A DNA stretch of 64,000 nucleotides. It comes from a virus (taxonomy: Duplodnaviria; Caudoviricetes). Both the position numbers and the translations under genes were made by a program. Where the stretch lies: positions 32,001 through 96,000 of IMG/VR virus record IMGVR_UViG_3300034157_000065; one strand, given 5' to 3'. Under the pieces are notes generated by a model that was not told the DNA's origin, did not search any database, and was given only the letters and a program-made list of their open reading frames with translations. Positions 19,775-29,883 of the stretch are shown here, in pieces (positions within the stretch are counted from its first letter, which is position 1; each line of letters begins with the position of its first letter).

Positions 19775-22141
19775 TCAAGGCGTACTACAAACTTGCCAGA
19801 ATCCACCTGTGACGTTTGGCCCTCTTGTGTATGACTTACCATCCCAACCAGTGATTTGAGTCACGTTCATGGCACCAGCACCCGGATATTGTGATGAGGT
19901 TGCTTTTGTTCCGCCATTCCAAACTACGTTAACCAATGAGTTGGCACCACCTACAACAACTGTCTGCCACTGGTTACCCGAGTCATATCGACACACGATG
20001 GTTGGTTTGGTACCAATAGCATATTGTGTATTGGGTTGGTTGCTCAATGTTTGAGATTCCCCCACGGCTGTTGTATTTCTTACTTCACCTGTTGCTACTT
20101 CTTGTATACGATCTTGACGTGTTCTTGATTGGTTCAAGTAACAGTATTGTGTTTGATAAAAACCTGTTCCTGAGTTTACTTCACTTACGGCTGGTGAGAA
20201 TGCTGTACAACTGTAGAAACCACTGCTGTTAACCCATCCAGTGTAAGTAGGAGCGATTGCAACCCACTGCTCGACCTTAACGTTTCCAGATGTTCTGGCC
20301 GTTGATATTCCAGCGGCGTTTGTTGCTGTCACTGTATAATTATAGGTTCCTGCTGCTTGTGGTGTTACACCTAATGCTGCACCGGCACCAGTTGACACTC
20401 CAGCTACCGCTACACCAGAAGCCGCAACGTTCCCTTTAACTGTGTAGCTTGCAACATCAGTTCCACTCCATGATAATGTAAATCCCGAACCATAGTTGAT
20501 GATGGTTGGTGTTGATATGGCACCAATCGTTGGAGCATTTATAACCGAAACTGTGACTGATCTTAATGCACTGTCTCTGGTTACTCCATTTATAGTCTTA
20601 GTTCCAGCACCATAATAAGTTGAAAACCCAGCAGAAGCTGACGCATTTGATGGTAATAAGCTTGTCACTCCACCAGAAGTTTTACCTACCAATGTAGCTC
20701 CACTGCTCAAACCAGTTCCCACAAATGATAAAGCTTGGTTTGGAGATACCGTAATAGATGATTGACCATTTACTGTCATTCCTGCCATCGTTGGATCAGC
20801 TTCCACCATAACACTGGTTTTCTTCACTGTTGTTTTGCTTGCAGCATTAGTTCCTGTTAATGTGTATTCTAAACTACCTACTGCGGTTGGTGTTGTTGTA
20901 TAGGTTAAAGCAGTTCCTACATCTTGTGAACCACTTATACCTGAACCTGCAACACCTGATAATTTATAGTTATTGATATTAGTTCCTGTCCAGTTTAGAA
21001 CAATAGGTGTATTAGCAAATGTTGTTGGCACTGTTGAGAACGATGGAATGTTACCTGCACCCACTACATTGACACTGACTGATTTATTGATTGTTTTACC
21101 CGCTCCATTCACACCTGTTAAGACATAGTTCTTCGTGCCTGTTGAAGCGTCTGCATTCACCGTGTAGGTTCCATTTGACACAGCGACTCCATTGATGTCA
21201 TAACTAATATTGTTTGCACCAGTCCATGTGAAGGCTAATGGATCATTCGCTTCAACTGTTACCGATGTGTCACTGTTGTTAACTTTATATGAAGTGATGG
21301 TTGGAAGACCATAAACACTCACGTCAATAGGATTTGATGTTTTCGTCATTCCACTAAAACTGGTTGTTTTCAATGAATATGTAAAGTCACCTACGGTTCC
21401 CATTGTTACTGCTTTACTGGTTGATGTTTTATCTACGGTACCGAAAGGAATTAACTCTAAGCCTTCACTGTCATTGGTTGTCCAGTTAAAGGTGATATCA
21501 TCACCAATGCTTACTTTGGTCTTGTCAGATTGAAAACTGCCTATTGCAGAATCCTTTACAACATCAATTGAAATTGATTTACTGGTATTATTCTCATTGT
21601 TGTAACCTGTCACATTAAGCTTGTAGGTTGTATCATTAACCGGCGAGACGGTATAGGAGCTATTTAACCCACTGATTCCTGCATTTTCAAGTAAAGCTGA
21701 TTCAGCATCTGAGACATTCCATGTAAGCTTAGAAGACTGGCCTTCACCAATCTTTGTTTTATCCGCCGTAAAGCTAACCACAGGCGTAGGCTGTATCACT
21801 GTCAGTTTTAAAGTTTTTTCTTCAATTTTTTTATTGTTGTCTAATGTGATATCGTAATTAGTCGTCTTTAATGGCGATAATGGATACGAACCAAAATAGG
21901 CTGTCTCATTAAAGCTTTCATCGGATGAAACGACCTTTAAACTTTTTATATAATTGTAATTCCAGTTTAAGGCTGTTGATTCACCACGATTGATGGTTGC
22001 AGGTGCCAGTTCAATAACCCCTGTAATTTCATCAGGTGTGTCTATATTGATATATTTAGGATCTAATCTGAACGTGGCGACATAACCCGCAGACGCGATT
22101 GATACTGTCAAGACGGACAGCAATATTATTTTTTTATTCAT
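19775..22141 (-). CDS. exported Ig/PKD-like repeat protein (788 aa), paralog of 16289..18652
   Basis: Identical first 20 aa and colinear repeats; more divergent C-terminal part. Confidence 0.8.
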   Translation of the reverse strand: MNKKIILLSVLTVSIASAGYVATFRLDPKYINIDTPDEITGVIELAPATINRGESTALNWNYNYIKSLKVVSSDESFNETAYFGSYPLSPLKTTNYDITLDNNKKIEEKTLKLTVIQPTPVVSFTADKTKIGEGQSSKLTWNVSDAESALLENAGISGLNSSYTVSPVNDTTYKLNVTGYNNENNTSKSISIDVVKDSAIGSFQSDKTKVSIGDDITFNWTTNDSEGLELIPFGTVDKTSTSKAVTMGTVGDFTYSLKTTSFSGMTKTSNPIDVSVYGLPTITSYKVNNSDTSVTVEANDPLAFTWTGANNISYDINGVAVSNGTYTVNADASTGTKNYVLTGVNGAGKTINKSVSVNVVGAGNIPSFSTVPTTFANTPIVLNWTGTNINNYKLSGVAGSGISGSQDVGTALTYTTTPTAVGSLEYTLTGTNAASKTTVKKTSVMVEADPTMAGMTVNGQSSITVSPNQALSFVGTGLSSGATLVGKTSGGVTSLLPSNASASAGFSTYYGAGTKTINGVTRDSALRSVTVSVINAPTIGAISTPTIINYGSGFTLSWSGTDVASYTVKGNVAASGVAVAGVSTGAGAALGVTPQAAGTYNYTVTATNAAGISTARTSGNVKVEQWVAIAPTYTGWVNSSGFYSCTAFSPAVSEVNSGTGFYQTQYCYLNQSRTRQDRIQEVATGEVRNTTAVGESQTLSNQPNTQYAIGTKPTIVCRYDSGNQWQTVVVGGANSLVNVVWNGGTKATSSQYPGAGAMNVTQITGWDGKSYTRGPNVTGGFWQVCSTP

Positions 22142-22283
22142 ATCTCATTTGATTGTTGTTTTTTTAATATTATTATACATAACTCTGTGCAAAAAACAAC
22201 CTGAAGTCTTATATTTTGTTGATTTTATGACGAAAATGATATATAATCACCACTCTAAAATTCAAAATAAATGGAGACATCTC

Positions 22284-22541
22284 ATGTCAAAAATCAACAC
22301 CACTCACAGACCTAAAAATTTAGTTAGATTTATATTTTGGGGATTTTGTGCCATGATTTTCTTATTTGTTCAAAATTTCTTTTATCATATATACTACAAT
22401 GGTAAGCATAAGCTTAAACAGGGGAAAATTCCCTTCTGTAAGTTCGTTATTTTGACAATTGTTACCTTTAACCTTGCTTGCCTTGGTAGTTTCTGGGATC
22501 AAGCAAAAGATATGGTTCCTAAGATCTACCACATTAGCTAA
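22284..22541 (+). CDS. small membrane protein
   Basis: GGAG RBS favours ATG 22284; two hydrophobic segments. Confidence 0.65.
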   Translation: MSKINTTHRPKNLVRFIFWGFCAMIFLFVQNFFYHIYYNGKHKLKQGKIPFCKFVILTIVTFNLACLGSFWDQAKDMVPKIYHIS

Positions 22542-22561
22542 TATTACGGATAGGTGATGAC

Positions 22562-22894
22562 ATGAGATTAAAGTTTCTTTGGTTAAAATTTATGCTCAAA
22601 TTCATGGGATTTAAAGTCGTAGAAGTCCGGCTGGTTGATTCTGATCATAACGTGTTGCGTTATACTTTGAACAATGACTACAACCAGAAATCAGGTTCGT
22701 ATGCCAACTATCCTTTTCTGAGTATTTCTATTGATCCTACTGGTATTTACTCGACCCATATACATCAACACAATCCTATTATTAAAAATGATGTCTATAT
22801 ATCACGATCACCGCATAAACTCATTAAGTTGTGGTTGGTTGCTTTTCATCATTTCAAAGCCACATACAAAATTAAAATTCAGGAGGCTTCATAG
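22562..22894 (+). CDS. hypothetical protein, TAG stop
   Basis: AGGTG RBS; coupled to the next gene. Confidence 0.65.
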   Translation: MRLKFLWLKFMLKFMGFKVVEVRLVDSDHNVLRYTLNNDYNQKSGSYANYPFLSISIDPTGIYSTHIHQHNPIIKNDVYISRSPHKLIKLWLVAFHHFKATYKIKIQEAS

Positions 22895-23298
22895 TGAATA
22901 ATTCCCATGCTGAACGTATTAATTTGAAGGTTTTGCGGCCTTATCATAACCATAACGAAAGATTGTTCAACAACCTTCGGGAAGCTCATGATTTTGCACC
23001 AAAAGTAGCCCAACAGATGGCTTATGAAGCTTTGCTAGTTGAAGATCGAGCTTTTGATGGATTGTTTCGTAAAATTAGAAGTTTTGTTTTAAAAACAGAA
23101 TATGAACCATTAACCAGTATTGAGTATTCCATTTTTGATGGAGCTATCAACTTTTACAAAAAAAGCATTGAAGAATCAAAAGTAGAGTTGGTCGCTCGCA
23201 TGGTTACGCAACCCGTGATTGATGCTTATGTTGAAAGCCAAAAAGAAACGGTTCAACTGGCTGAAAAAATCATTAGTAAGATCCTTAAATCAGTCTGA
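22894..23298 (+). CDS. hypothetical protein (134 aa)
   Basis: AGGAGG RBS before GTG. Confidence 0.75.
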   Translation: MNNSHAERINLKVLRPYHNHNERLFNNLREAHDFAPKVAQQMAYEALLVEDRAFDGLFRKIRSFVLKTEYEPLTSIEYSIFDGAINFYKKSIEESKVELVARMVTQPVIDAYVESQKETVQLAEKIISKILKSV

Positions 23299-23740
23299 TT
23301 TCAAGGGCTAGTTTTTCTTTTTCGACATCTTTGAATAGCTGATTGAAGTCAAATACTATTTTGGGGATGTCGATAATTTTATATGTTTTGTCCATTTCCA
23401 TTTTTTCATAAATTGATATGTTCATTCTAGGATTTAGATGTTCTTTATTTTGATCGATAATGAAAGCGTCTCCATAATGATTGTCTCCCTTGTAAATTTC
23501 GTGCATATGTCCACGTCCCGTTATAACACGATAAGCATCATTTTCTTTAAAGATATGTATTCCAAAATAATGAAATAATTCTAAGTCTTCATGCATTTCA
23601 ATTCTTGATAAATCTATCATCTTTTCATAATAATTTAATTTCAGTTGAATGTAGAGATCATTAATTATCTGGTCATCTTCTGGTTCTTGATTGATTATAT
23701 ACTTGGCAATTCTAGGAGTGACTTTCATAATGGTCCTCAT
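23285..23740 (-). CDS. hypothetical protein, tag-like C-terminus (LEIRLI)
   Basis: ORF; start may be the MKVT ATG at 23728. Confidence 0.7.
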   Translation of the reverse strand: MRTIMKVTPRIAKYIINQEPEDDQIINDLYIQLKLNYYEKMIDLSRIEMHEDLELFHYFGIHIFKENDAYRVITGRGHMHEIYKGDNHYGDAFIIDQNKEHLNPRMNISIYEKMEMDKTYKIIDIPKIVFDFNQLFKDVEKEKLALEIRLI

Positions 23741-23882
23741 TGTTTTTATATAACTTTATCACTTTTTTATTCATTGTAAATATTCATTTTTTCTAAATAA
23801 ATTGATATTTTTTGAGAATTGATGTATAATAAACCATCTAATCCATGCAAATGCTGGACAACTATTCTCTTGGAGATTTAAA

Positions 23883-24377
23883 ATGACTTTGAGTAAAAAA
23901 GAACAGGCCATACAAGTGATTGATGCGGCTTTTGAAGCTGCCCTTAAAGACCAACGTTCAGGATTTGCATGGGAGCTTTTTTGGAAATTTGGTGTGTTCT
24001 CGAAAATTCAGGATTTCAATCTTAAGTTAATGATGGATTCTATTGCTAGCGGAAAACCAAAAGAATTCGATACTAATCAAATGATTGATACCGAATCACA
24101 AGAACTTCTTGAAACCATTAAAGAACGCAAAAAAGCATTGTACAAAGAACACAGTATTAAACGTGTAAAGTTTGCTGTTTATCGTGAACGCATTGTTACC
24201 TTCTTCAAACATAAACGTGATATTGATTTTAACTCATTGGATGAAGTTGCTGCTAAGTCACTTCTTCAAACAGAAGACATTATGAGTTCCACCGATAATA
24301 TCTATGATGCTTTAGGTATGACTCATATGCAGTATAAGTATCTCTATCAACGAGGTAGTGTACAACTTAAGGCTTAA
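23883..24377 (+). CDS. hypothetical protein (164 aa)
   Basis: GGAG RBS, TATAAT promoter. Confidence 0.75.
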   Translation: MTLSKKEQAIQVIDAAFEAALKDQRSGFAWELFWKFGVFSKIQDFNLKLMMDSIASGKPKEFDTNQMIDTESQELLETIKERKKALYKEHSIKRVKFAVYRERIVTFFKHKRDIDFNSLDEVAAKSLLQTEDIMSSTDNIYDALGMTHMQYKYLYQRGSVQLKA

Positions 24378-24388
24378 CACATTGTCTT

Positions 24389-24444
24389 TTGTTGATAACT
24401 TATTGACTTTAAGGTTCGATGCCTTAAACTTTAGTTATCAACAA
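24389..24444. repeat. inverted repeat enclosing a putative promoter
   Basis: TTGTTGATAACT (24389-24400) / AGTTATCAACAA (24433-24444) with inner TTTAAGG/CCTTAAA. Confidence 0.7.
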
Positions 24445-24458
24445 GAGATTCCTATTTA

Positions 24459-24980
24459 ATGTTAGAATTATTTATTAAACTTATATTAGTCAGCTTTTAT
24501 GCTATTATGACTGGATGTAGCCCTAATGGTCATTTAACTGAAAATCTTGAACCACAAGGTAAAGCAATGTTCGATCCCGAAAATAGAACGATGCTGGGGT
24601 ATAAGCTATATGATAATATGGATAACATTTCAAAAGACCCACATTATACTTTCTTGAGAAAAGAAGATGATGTGACTTATTACACCGTTAAAAACAAAAA
24701 TAACGACCCAAGACAGATCTCTATTGTGGTCAGTGTCCGTAATGATAAAATATATTCAGTAGAAAGCCGCTACCAATACCCACATTTCAGAAGCTGTAAT
24801 GCGGCAGCCGAACAAATCTACAATGAAACCAAAAACTTTTTTCCGCTTGAAAAACGACCTGATGTCAATGATAAAGGCTATCACTTCGATGGTGTTCTAA
24901 AAAATTACATCTTTATTACAGCCTGCACTGATTTATTGGATACTGATAAAATCATACACAGCACCACCTACATGCGATAA
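24459..24980 (+). CDS. lipoprotein
   Basis: Lipobox-like IMTGC after a hydrophobic stretch. Confidence 0.7.
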   Translation: MLELFIKLILVSFYAIMTGCSPNGHLTENLEPQGKAMFDPENRTMLGYKLYDNMDNISKDPHYTFLRKEDDVTYYTVKNKNNDPRQISIVVSVRNDKIYSVESRYQYPHFRSCNAAAEQIYNETKNFFPLEKRPDVNDKGYHFDGVLKNYIFITACTDLLDTDKIIHSTTYMR

Positions 24981-25081
24981 GTGGTTGTTGACGGCTTTGA
25001 TAAATGTATAATACTAATTCAATATTGACGACAGCTTATTAATTGTCTATATTGTCAGATACTTTTTCAATTTTCAAATAT

Positions 25082-25158
25082 CTCTGCGTAGCTCAGTTGG
25101 ATAGAGTGCTCGCTTCCGAAGCGAACGGTCGTTGGTTCGAATCCAACCGTAGAGGCCA
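25082..25158 (+). tRNA. tRNA-Arg(CCG)
   Basis: Cloverleaf: acceptor CTCTGCG/CGTAGAG, D loop AGTTGGATA (A20), anticodon loop TTCCGAA, T arm GTTGG-TTCGAAT-CCAAC, G73, encoded CCA. Confidence 0.93.
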
Positions 25159-25179
25159 TATAAATATAGGAGACTATTT

Positions 25180-25524
25180 ATGAGTATTCAAAAATATCTA
25201 TACCTTGCAGTTATCATTGATACATCACAAGACGTTGTTTGTGTTGCAGCAGTCACTAAAGACACTTGGGATACTCATAAAATGTATGATGATCCTAATG
25301 ATATTGAAGACATTGTTTCTCGTATTAGTGTTAATGGTTATTTTATGGAGTCCAGTGGAATGGATTACTCATTGCTTGATGTTATTGAAAAAAATGGAAT
25401 GCCGTTAACCTCCAAAGATGCTCATATACTTGTGAATGACCTCGAATCAAATGGTTTTACGATTAACAACGAATTTGCAAAGAACATTCATGAGTTGTCA
25501 GAAGGTCTATATCAGATGGCTTAA
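25180..25524 (+). CDS. hypothetical protein (114 aa)
   Basis: AGGAG RBS just after the tRNA; terminator at about 25544-25567. Confidence 0.75.
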   Translation: MSIQKYLYLAVIIDTSQDVVCVAAVTKDTWDTHKMYDDPNDIEDIVSRISVNGYFMESSGMDYSLLDVIEKNGMPLTSKDAHILVNDLESNGFTINNEFAKNIHELSEGLYQMA

Positions 25525-25571
25525 ATTTTTATTGAGTGCAAATAAAGCACCTGAAGGTGCTTTTTTCTTAT

Positions 25572-26360
25572 TTAAATTGCCATCATTTTAATAATGGTCA
25601 GATTTTCATCTAGTCCGCTATCAAATACGCCAGTTTTATATAATTTTTTCATTTCTGTATAAAATAGCTCTAATGTTTCATTACTATCAACATTTCTAAT
25701 ACTGAATTGTGGATACAGATCGATGAACGTCTCTAATGATTGTAAAATAACGTTTATATTTTTGTTAAAAAATTCATCAAAGTTATCTATACTTTCAACA
25801 TCAGCTTTAAAAACCATGTCTTCATTATTCGATTTGTAATCGTAGAGAACTAATAAATCTTTTGTTTTCTGTCCATCTGCAGTAAACGAATACCTTACCA
25901 TGAAATCATCATACGATGTGTCTGTCATATCAATTGAACGCTCTACATCATAATCGAGCATGTCATTATGTGCATTTATATCAGCGTCTACGGTAAAGAA
26001 TTGACTTGTCGCTGGGAACTTTACACGGTTATTATAAATACCAACCTCAGTCGAAAAGCTTATATTTTTAAAATTTCCCAATTTATCGTAATTAAAGCGA
26101 AGATTACCAGCAAGATTTTGAAAACCGTAGACGACGATGGCGGTTCCATTATCACCTACCATATAACGCTCAATTCGAACTGCATCAAAATTTGTTTCTG
26201 AGTCAAACGATTGATTAATTTGATTAAACCAATGAACAATCCTATGTTTAAAATAAAATTGATATTCTGGTTGCAGTTTAACCATGACTATTCGTCTATC
26301 TTTTAAAATAGAAAAGTCAGGATTCAAGTAGTCGAATGTTACCGTTTCATCAGTTTTCAT
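25572..26360 (-). CDS. hypothetical protein, C-terminal tag (KMMAI)
   Basis: 262-aa ORF coupled to the upstream gene; weak family B resemblance. Confidence 0.8.
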   Translation of the reverse strand: MKTDETVTFDYLNPDFSILKDRRIVMVKLQPEYQFYFKHRIVHWFNQINQSFDSETNFDAVRIERYMVGDNGTAIVVYGFQNLAGNLRFNYDKLGNFKNISFSTEVGIYNNRVKFPATSQFFTVDADINAHNDMLDYDVERSIDMTDTSYDDFMVRYSFTADGQKTKDLLVLYDYKSNNEDMVFKADVESIDNFDEFFNKNINVILQSLETFIDLYPQFSIRNVDSNETLELFYTEMKKLYKTGVFDSGLDENLTIIKMMAI

Positions 26361-27056
26361 TTATTGAACCTTTACAATAAAGTCGTTTAATTTAAAATCG
26401 CTAAAAAAATCATTGAAATTATTGGCGTTCATGGAGATTTCGTATTTTTTATTGCTAATTGCTTTTGCTCTTTGTGAATTTTCAACACCTACTTTTACAA
26501 AGCTGTTTATATCCAGATCAAGCGTAGCAATATAACCATTCTTGTTACCAAATGAGGCTTGTATTTGATAACCACCACCCGCTAACACCCAAATAGGTTC
26601 ATCAGTCTTGGAGATTAAATGATTATGGATATCATTTACTCGTTCATGATAATGAGTGCTGAGTAATTTAAAATGCTTGATAGCGTGTTCAATACTGTTT
26701 TTATCCTTGTCAGTAACATATCGACCATAATCATCAAGTCCATATTGAATGCCATCATGAGTGACCGCTACCATTGATTCATTATGCCATGCACGACCTT
26801 TGACGTGTTCAGCTATAATGCCAAAATCAGAGTATGCCGCGATAATAGATTCAATAGCCGGACGAGTAGAGATCCAATAACCTAATTCAACCAACGTTTT
26901 AAAACCATTGTCGGCTTGAAACTCTGCCCATTCATAATCACCCGCCATGAAACGGGCAAATAGTCTCTTTTGCTCAGACGTTGCAACAGAAATCTTGGCT
27001 TTAAAGTTTTCAACTTCTTCTGGTGTCTCTGGATAACGGTAATCATATTCACTCAT
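26361..27056 (-). CDS. hypothetical protein
   Basis: GAGGT RBS favours the MSEY start. Confidence 0.75.
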   Translation of the reverse strand: MSEYDYRYPETPEEVENFKAKISVATSEQKRLFARFMAGDYEWAEFQADNGFKTLVELGYWISTRPAIESIIAAYSDFGIIAEHVKGRAWHNESMVAVTHDGIQYGLDDYGRYVTDKDKNSIEHAIKHFKLLSTHYHERVNDIHNHLISKTDEPIWVLAGGGYQIQASFGNKNGYIATLDLDINSFVKVGVENSQRAKAISNKKYEISMNANNFNDFFSDFKLNDFIVKVQ

Positions 27057-27077
27057 GAAAGTAACCTCATTCAAATA

Positions 27078-27554
27078 TTATTCAGAATCGTCTTCGGCAT
27101 CAGCATTGTTAACCGAACTTTCTTCAAGAGCTTGACGAAATTTAGCGACCAGCACATCAATAGCATCTGGGGTGTTTCGGAAGTGCGATTCAATACGTTC
27201 TACGTTGATTTCTTCATCGCCTTTACGGTCATAGAACAAAATGTTAGAAACAGCTTGCTCAGCCAAGGCAGTCATGTCATCGTCAGTGAGTGGAAACACT
27301 TCGAGAGCGTCATGCAGTTTGTGAGAGTGTGCATATTCATTAATGGCTTTAATAACAAGCTCACTACCATTTTCAACGTAATAAGAATAAAGCATGGTGA
27401 TGTCACGTTGATCTTTTTCTTCTTTCACATGAGTCAAGACTTCTTGAATGAACGAGTCACCTTGTTTTTTCAGGCTACGTTTGATAAGTGTGGTGTCATA
27501 CAAACCATCCAGAAAATCTTTAATTTCTTCAAAGCTCTTTTCAGTAGTAGTCAT
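27078..27554 (-). CDS. acidic hypothetical protein
   Basis: AGGAG RBS favours the MTTT start; TGCTATAAT promoter on the minus strand. Confidence 0.75.
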   Translation of the reverse strand: MTTTEKSFEEIKDFLDGLYDTTLIKRSLKKQGDSFIQEVLTHVKEEKDQRDITMLYSYYVENGSELVIKAINEYAHSHKLHDALEVFPLTDDDMTALAEQAVSNILFYDRKGDEEINVERIESHFRNTPDAIDVLVAKFRQALEESSVNNADAEDDSE

Positions 27555-27680
27555 GGTGTATCTCCTAAATAATTTCAAGAATTATAGCACATTCCATGAG
27601 GATTGACAACGAAAATAAGACTTGTCAGGCACTCATTATTTTGATAAAATATAGGCCATTACTCATGAGGATAAACCATT

Positions 27681-28022
27681 ATGTCTCGATTGACCGATCT
27701 CGCTTTAAAAGACGCAGAAGAATGCCTATCTAAATCCAGTCTCAATCTCTACCAGATTAAGATCGCTATTGAATCCACCATGCGAAACCTTCAAGAAGAA
27801 TGCAGCCTTTTAAATAGTCTGGTTAATACTTTGCAAGGTGAGACAGATGAGGAAAAGGAAGCTAACAGTAAATTGTTAGCCAAGTTGAATAGTGCAGTTG
27901 AAATCAATCGAAAAATGTATACGGAAAATATGAAAGCACTGGATCAAGTGCAATTAGCTACTACTCTTTCTAGTCGAGCTGATCGTTGGATTGGAGCGGT
28001 TGCAGAAGATTTGAAGAAATAA
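27681..28022 (+). CDS. coiled-coil protein (113 aa)
   Basis: GAGGA RBS; heptad-like pattern; terminator at about 28039-28062. Confidence 0.75.
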   Translation: MSRLTDLALKDAEECLSKSSLNLYQIKIAIESTMRNLQEECSLLNSLVNTLQGETDEEKEANSKLLAKLNSAVEINRKMYTENMKALDQVQLATTLSSRADRWIGAVAEDLKK

Positions 28023-28145
28023 TTAATTTAAGCGTAAGAAAACCATCCTAGGATGGTTTTTTATTGTCTTATTTTTATTTAACAACCATTAAAAAAGTGT
28101 ATTTTTATTTATTTAGTCGAAAAAAAAGGAACTCTTTCAAGTTCC

Positions 28146-28538
28146 TTATTGTTGTGTTACTGATACATCCACTGATTCGCCGTAATAACCATTTGAAGAC
28201 CCGAAGAATCGTAATACCACCAATCCTCGCTCAGTCGCCATTCGATAATAAGTCCAAGTAAATGATTCTCCTTGATAACATGACGATCCAACAATCAAAT
28301 CGCTGTTAGAAGTTTCCTCAGCCATAACGACAGTGTGCCCGACTAAATCATCAATGTCGCCAATGATCTCTTCTAAATACACGTCTTCACAGCAATCTTG
28401 GTGATGTAAGAACGTAAACACCAAACCACTTGTTGTACGCACTACAAACTCAGAATCGTTACGGTTACCGCTCACAGACTCGATAGTTTCACCTACCATT
28501 CTGTTCAATGTTGCATTTACTTCGTTTTGCATATTCAT
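28146..28538 (-). CDS. conserved phage-type hypothetical protein
   Basis: H.QDCCE.V...I.GD..DL.G and TWT.Y...T..G.V..RF.G.SNGYY.E.V motifs, recalled from phage proteins. Confidence 0.8.
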   Translation of the reverse strand: MNMQNEVNATLNRMVGETIESVSGNRNDSEFVVRTTSGLVFTFLHHQDCCEDVYLEEIIGDIDDLVGHTVVMAEETSNSDLIVGSSCYQGESFTWTYYRMATERGLVVLRFFGSSNGYYGESVDVSVTQQ

Positions 28539-28713
28539 TAGTAATTCTCCTATTGGTAATCAGTACCAATCCATAAGAGTCATTCATTACTATTGAATGT
28601 CGCCATTCTAGCATGTGATCCTTATTAAATCAAGCATATATTTCAACATTTTCATTGATTTCTTCATTTAAACGCCTATAATCTTTAAACATTCTATTGG
28701 AGAAATGTTAATA

Positions 28714-29394
28714 ATGAGCACAATATCAGTTGTAGGTGGAAAGAATAAAGCTGTGGTTACTGGTCGATTACAAACCGTTGTGTTTACGTTGGTCGATAAA
28801 GATACCGAAATCATTGATGATTATCAAAACTACTATTCAGTGTATAGTTTGAAGACTGAGGATGGAGATGGCATTAATCATAAGGTGAAAAATCAAAAAC
28901 TAGACATTGAACTTAACAAAAAAACAGCTTTCACTTTCATTGATGGTGAAATTGTTGCCTATAAAGCTAACAAGAATAATAATCATTCAGCAGAAGTCTT
29001 GGATGATTTAAGTCATGTGCGGTCAAAACCTAATATCTTCATATCATTTATTGCATTGGTGGTATTAAATATTCCATTTTTTAATACTTTAATGTATTTA
29101 TTTTATGCTCTTGCACCACTATTTGAAAGCGACGACTATTCGCTAATAAATGATGAAGTTATTAATACGGCAAGAGACAAATCTATTGTCCCTCAATCTT
29201 TGATTTCCACCTTGATTAGTCTTGTTGGCAGTGGTCTTATTGTTTATGATTATCCGACCGTTGGAGTGCTTGTAAACCTTGCTATTTCACTGCCTTTCAT
29301 CTATAATTCAAACAGAATTGAGCGTGAGGTTATTGATGGAAAAAACAGGCTAATTTCTAAAATTAAAGCTGATCTTGACAACTTTAAAATATAA
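28714..29394 (+). CDS. membrane protein
   Basis: Several TM segments in the C-terminal half. Confidence 0.7.
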   Translation: MSTISVVGGKNKAVVTGRLQTVVFTLVDKDTEIIDDYQNYYSVYSLKTEDGDGINHKVKNQKLDIELNKKTAFTFIDGEIVAYKANKNNNHSAEVLDDLSHVRSKPNIFISFIALVVLNIPFFNTLMYLFYALAPLFESDDYSLINDEVINTARDKSIVPQSLISTLISLVGSGLIVYDYPTVGVLVNLAISLPFIYNSNRIEREVIDGKNRLISKIKADLDNFKI

Positions 29395-29420
29395 ACTTAA
29401 CTTATTTGGAGAAATAGACT

Positions 29421-29828
29421 ATGTATCAATCATTTCAAGACTTCATCAAGAAAACTGAAGAGTCCCATGCGGCTATGGTAGCTACGGCTAATGAGAAACC
29501 AAGTTTGGAAACTTACCGTGATACAGTGGCTAAATTGCTAGGTCATGATGACATTCATTCTCTGGAAGCATCTTTGGATAGTAATTATCAACCCAGTTAT
29601 GTCTTGGTGTATATGTGGCAAGGTGTGACAGATACTATTCGCACCTATAAAGCGACTGACTCTGGTAAAGAACAGATGTTGGAAGACTTCTCTGAGAAGG
29701 TTAAAGATCGACTTGGCATTCTTCCCGATGGTAGTTTGTCAGATGAATCACAGGCTCTGTTAGATACGGCTATTGATGACATGTTTTATGAAGATTCAAA
29801 AGTAACCGTTACTTGTTACAAAGTTTAA
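29421..29828 (+). CDS. hypothetical protein (135 aa)
   Basis: GGAG RBS; terminator at 29841-29868. Confidence 0.75.
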   Translation: MYQSFQDFIKKTEESHAAMVATANEKPSLETYRDTVAKLLGHDDIHSLEASLDSNYQPSYVLVYMWQGVTDTIRTYKATDSGKEQMLEDFSEKVKDRLGILPDGSLSDESQALLDTAIDDMFYEDSKVTVTCYKV

Positions 29829-29883
29829 ATTGTGTTAACAAAAAAGCCATCTTCGGATGGCTTTTTTATTCTTTTAAATCTAT

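Noticed and set aside
16289-22141. Shufflon or diversity-generating retroelement acting on the Ig-repeat tips
   Set aside because: No recombinase or reverse transcriptase, sfx-like repeats or adenine-specific TR/VR pair seen; divergence is spread along the genes.
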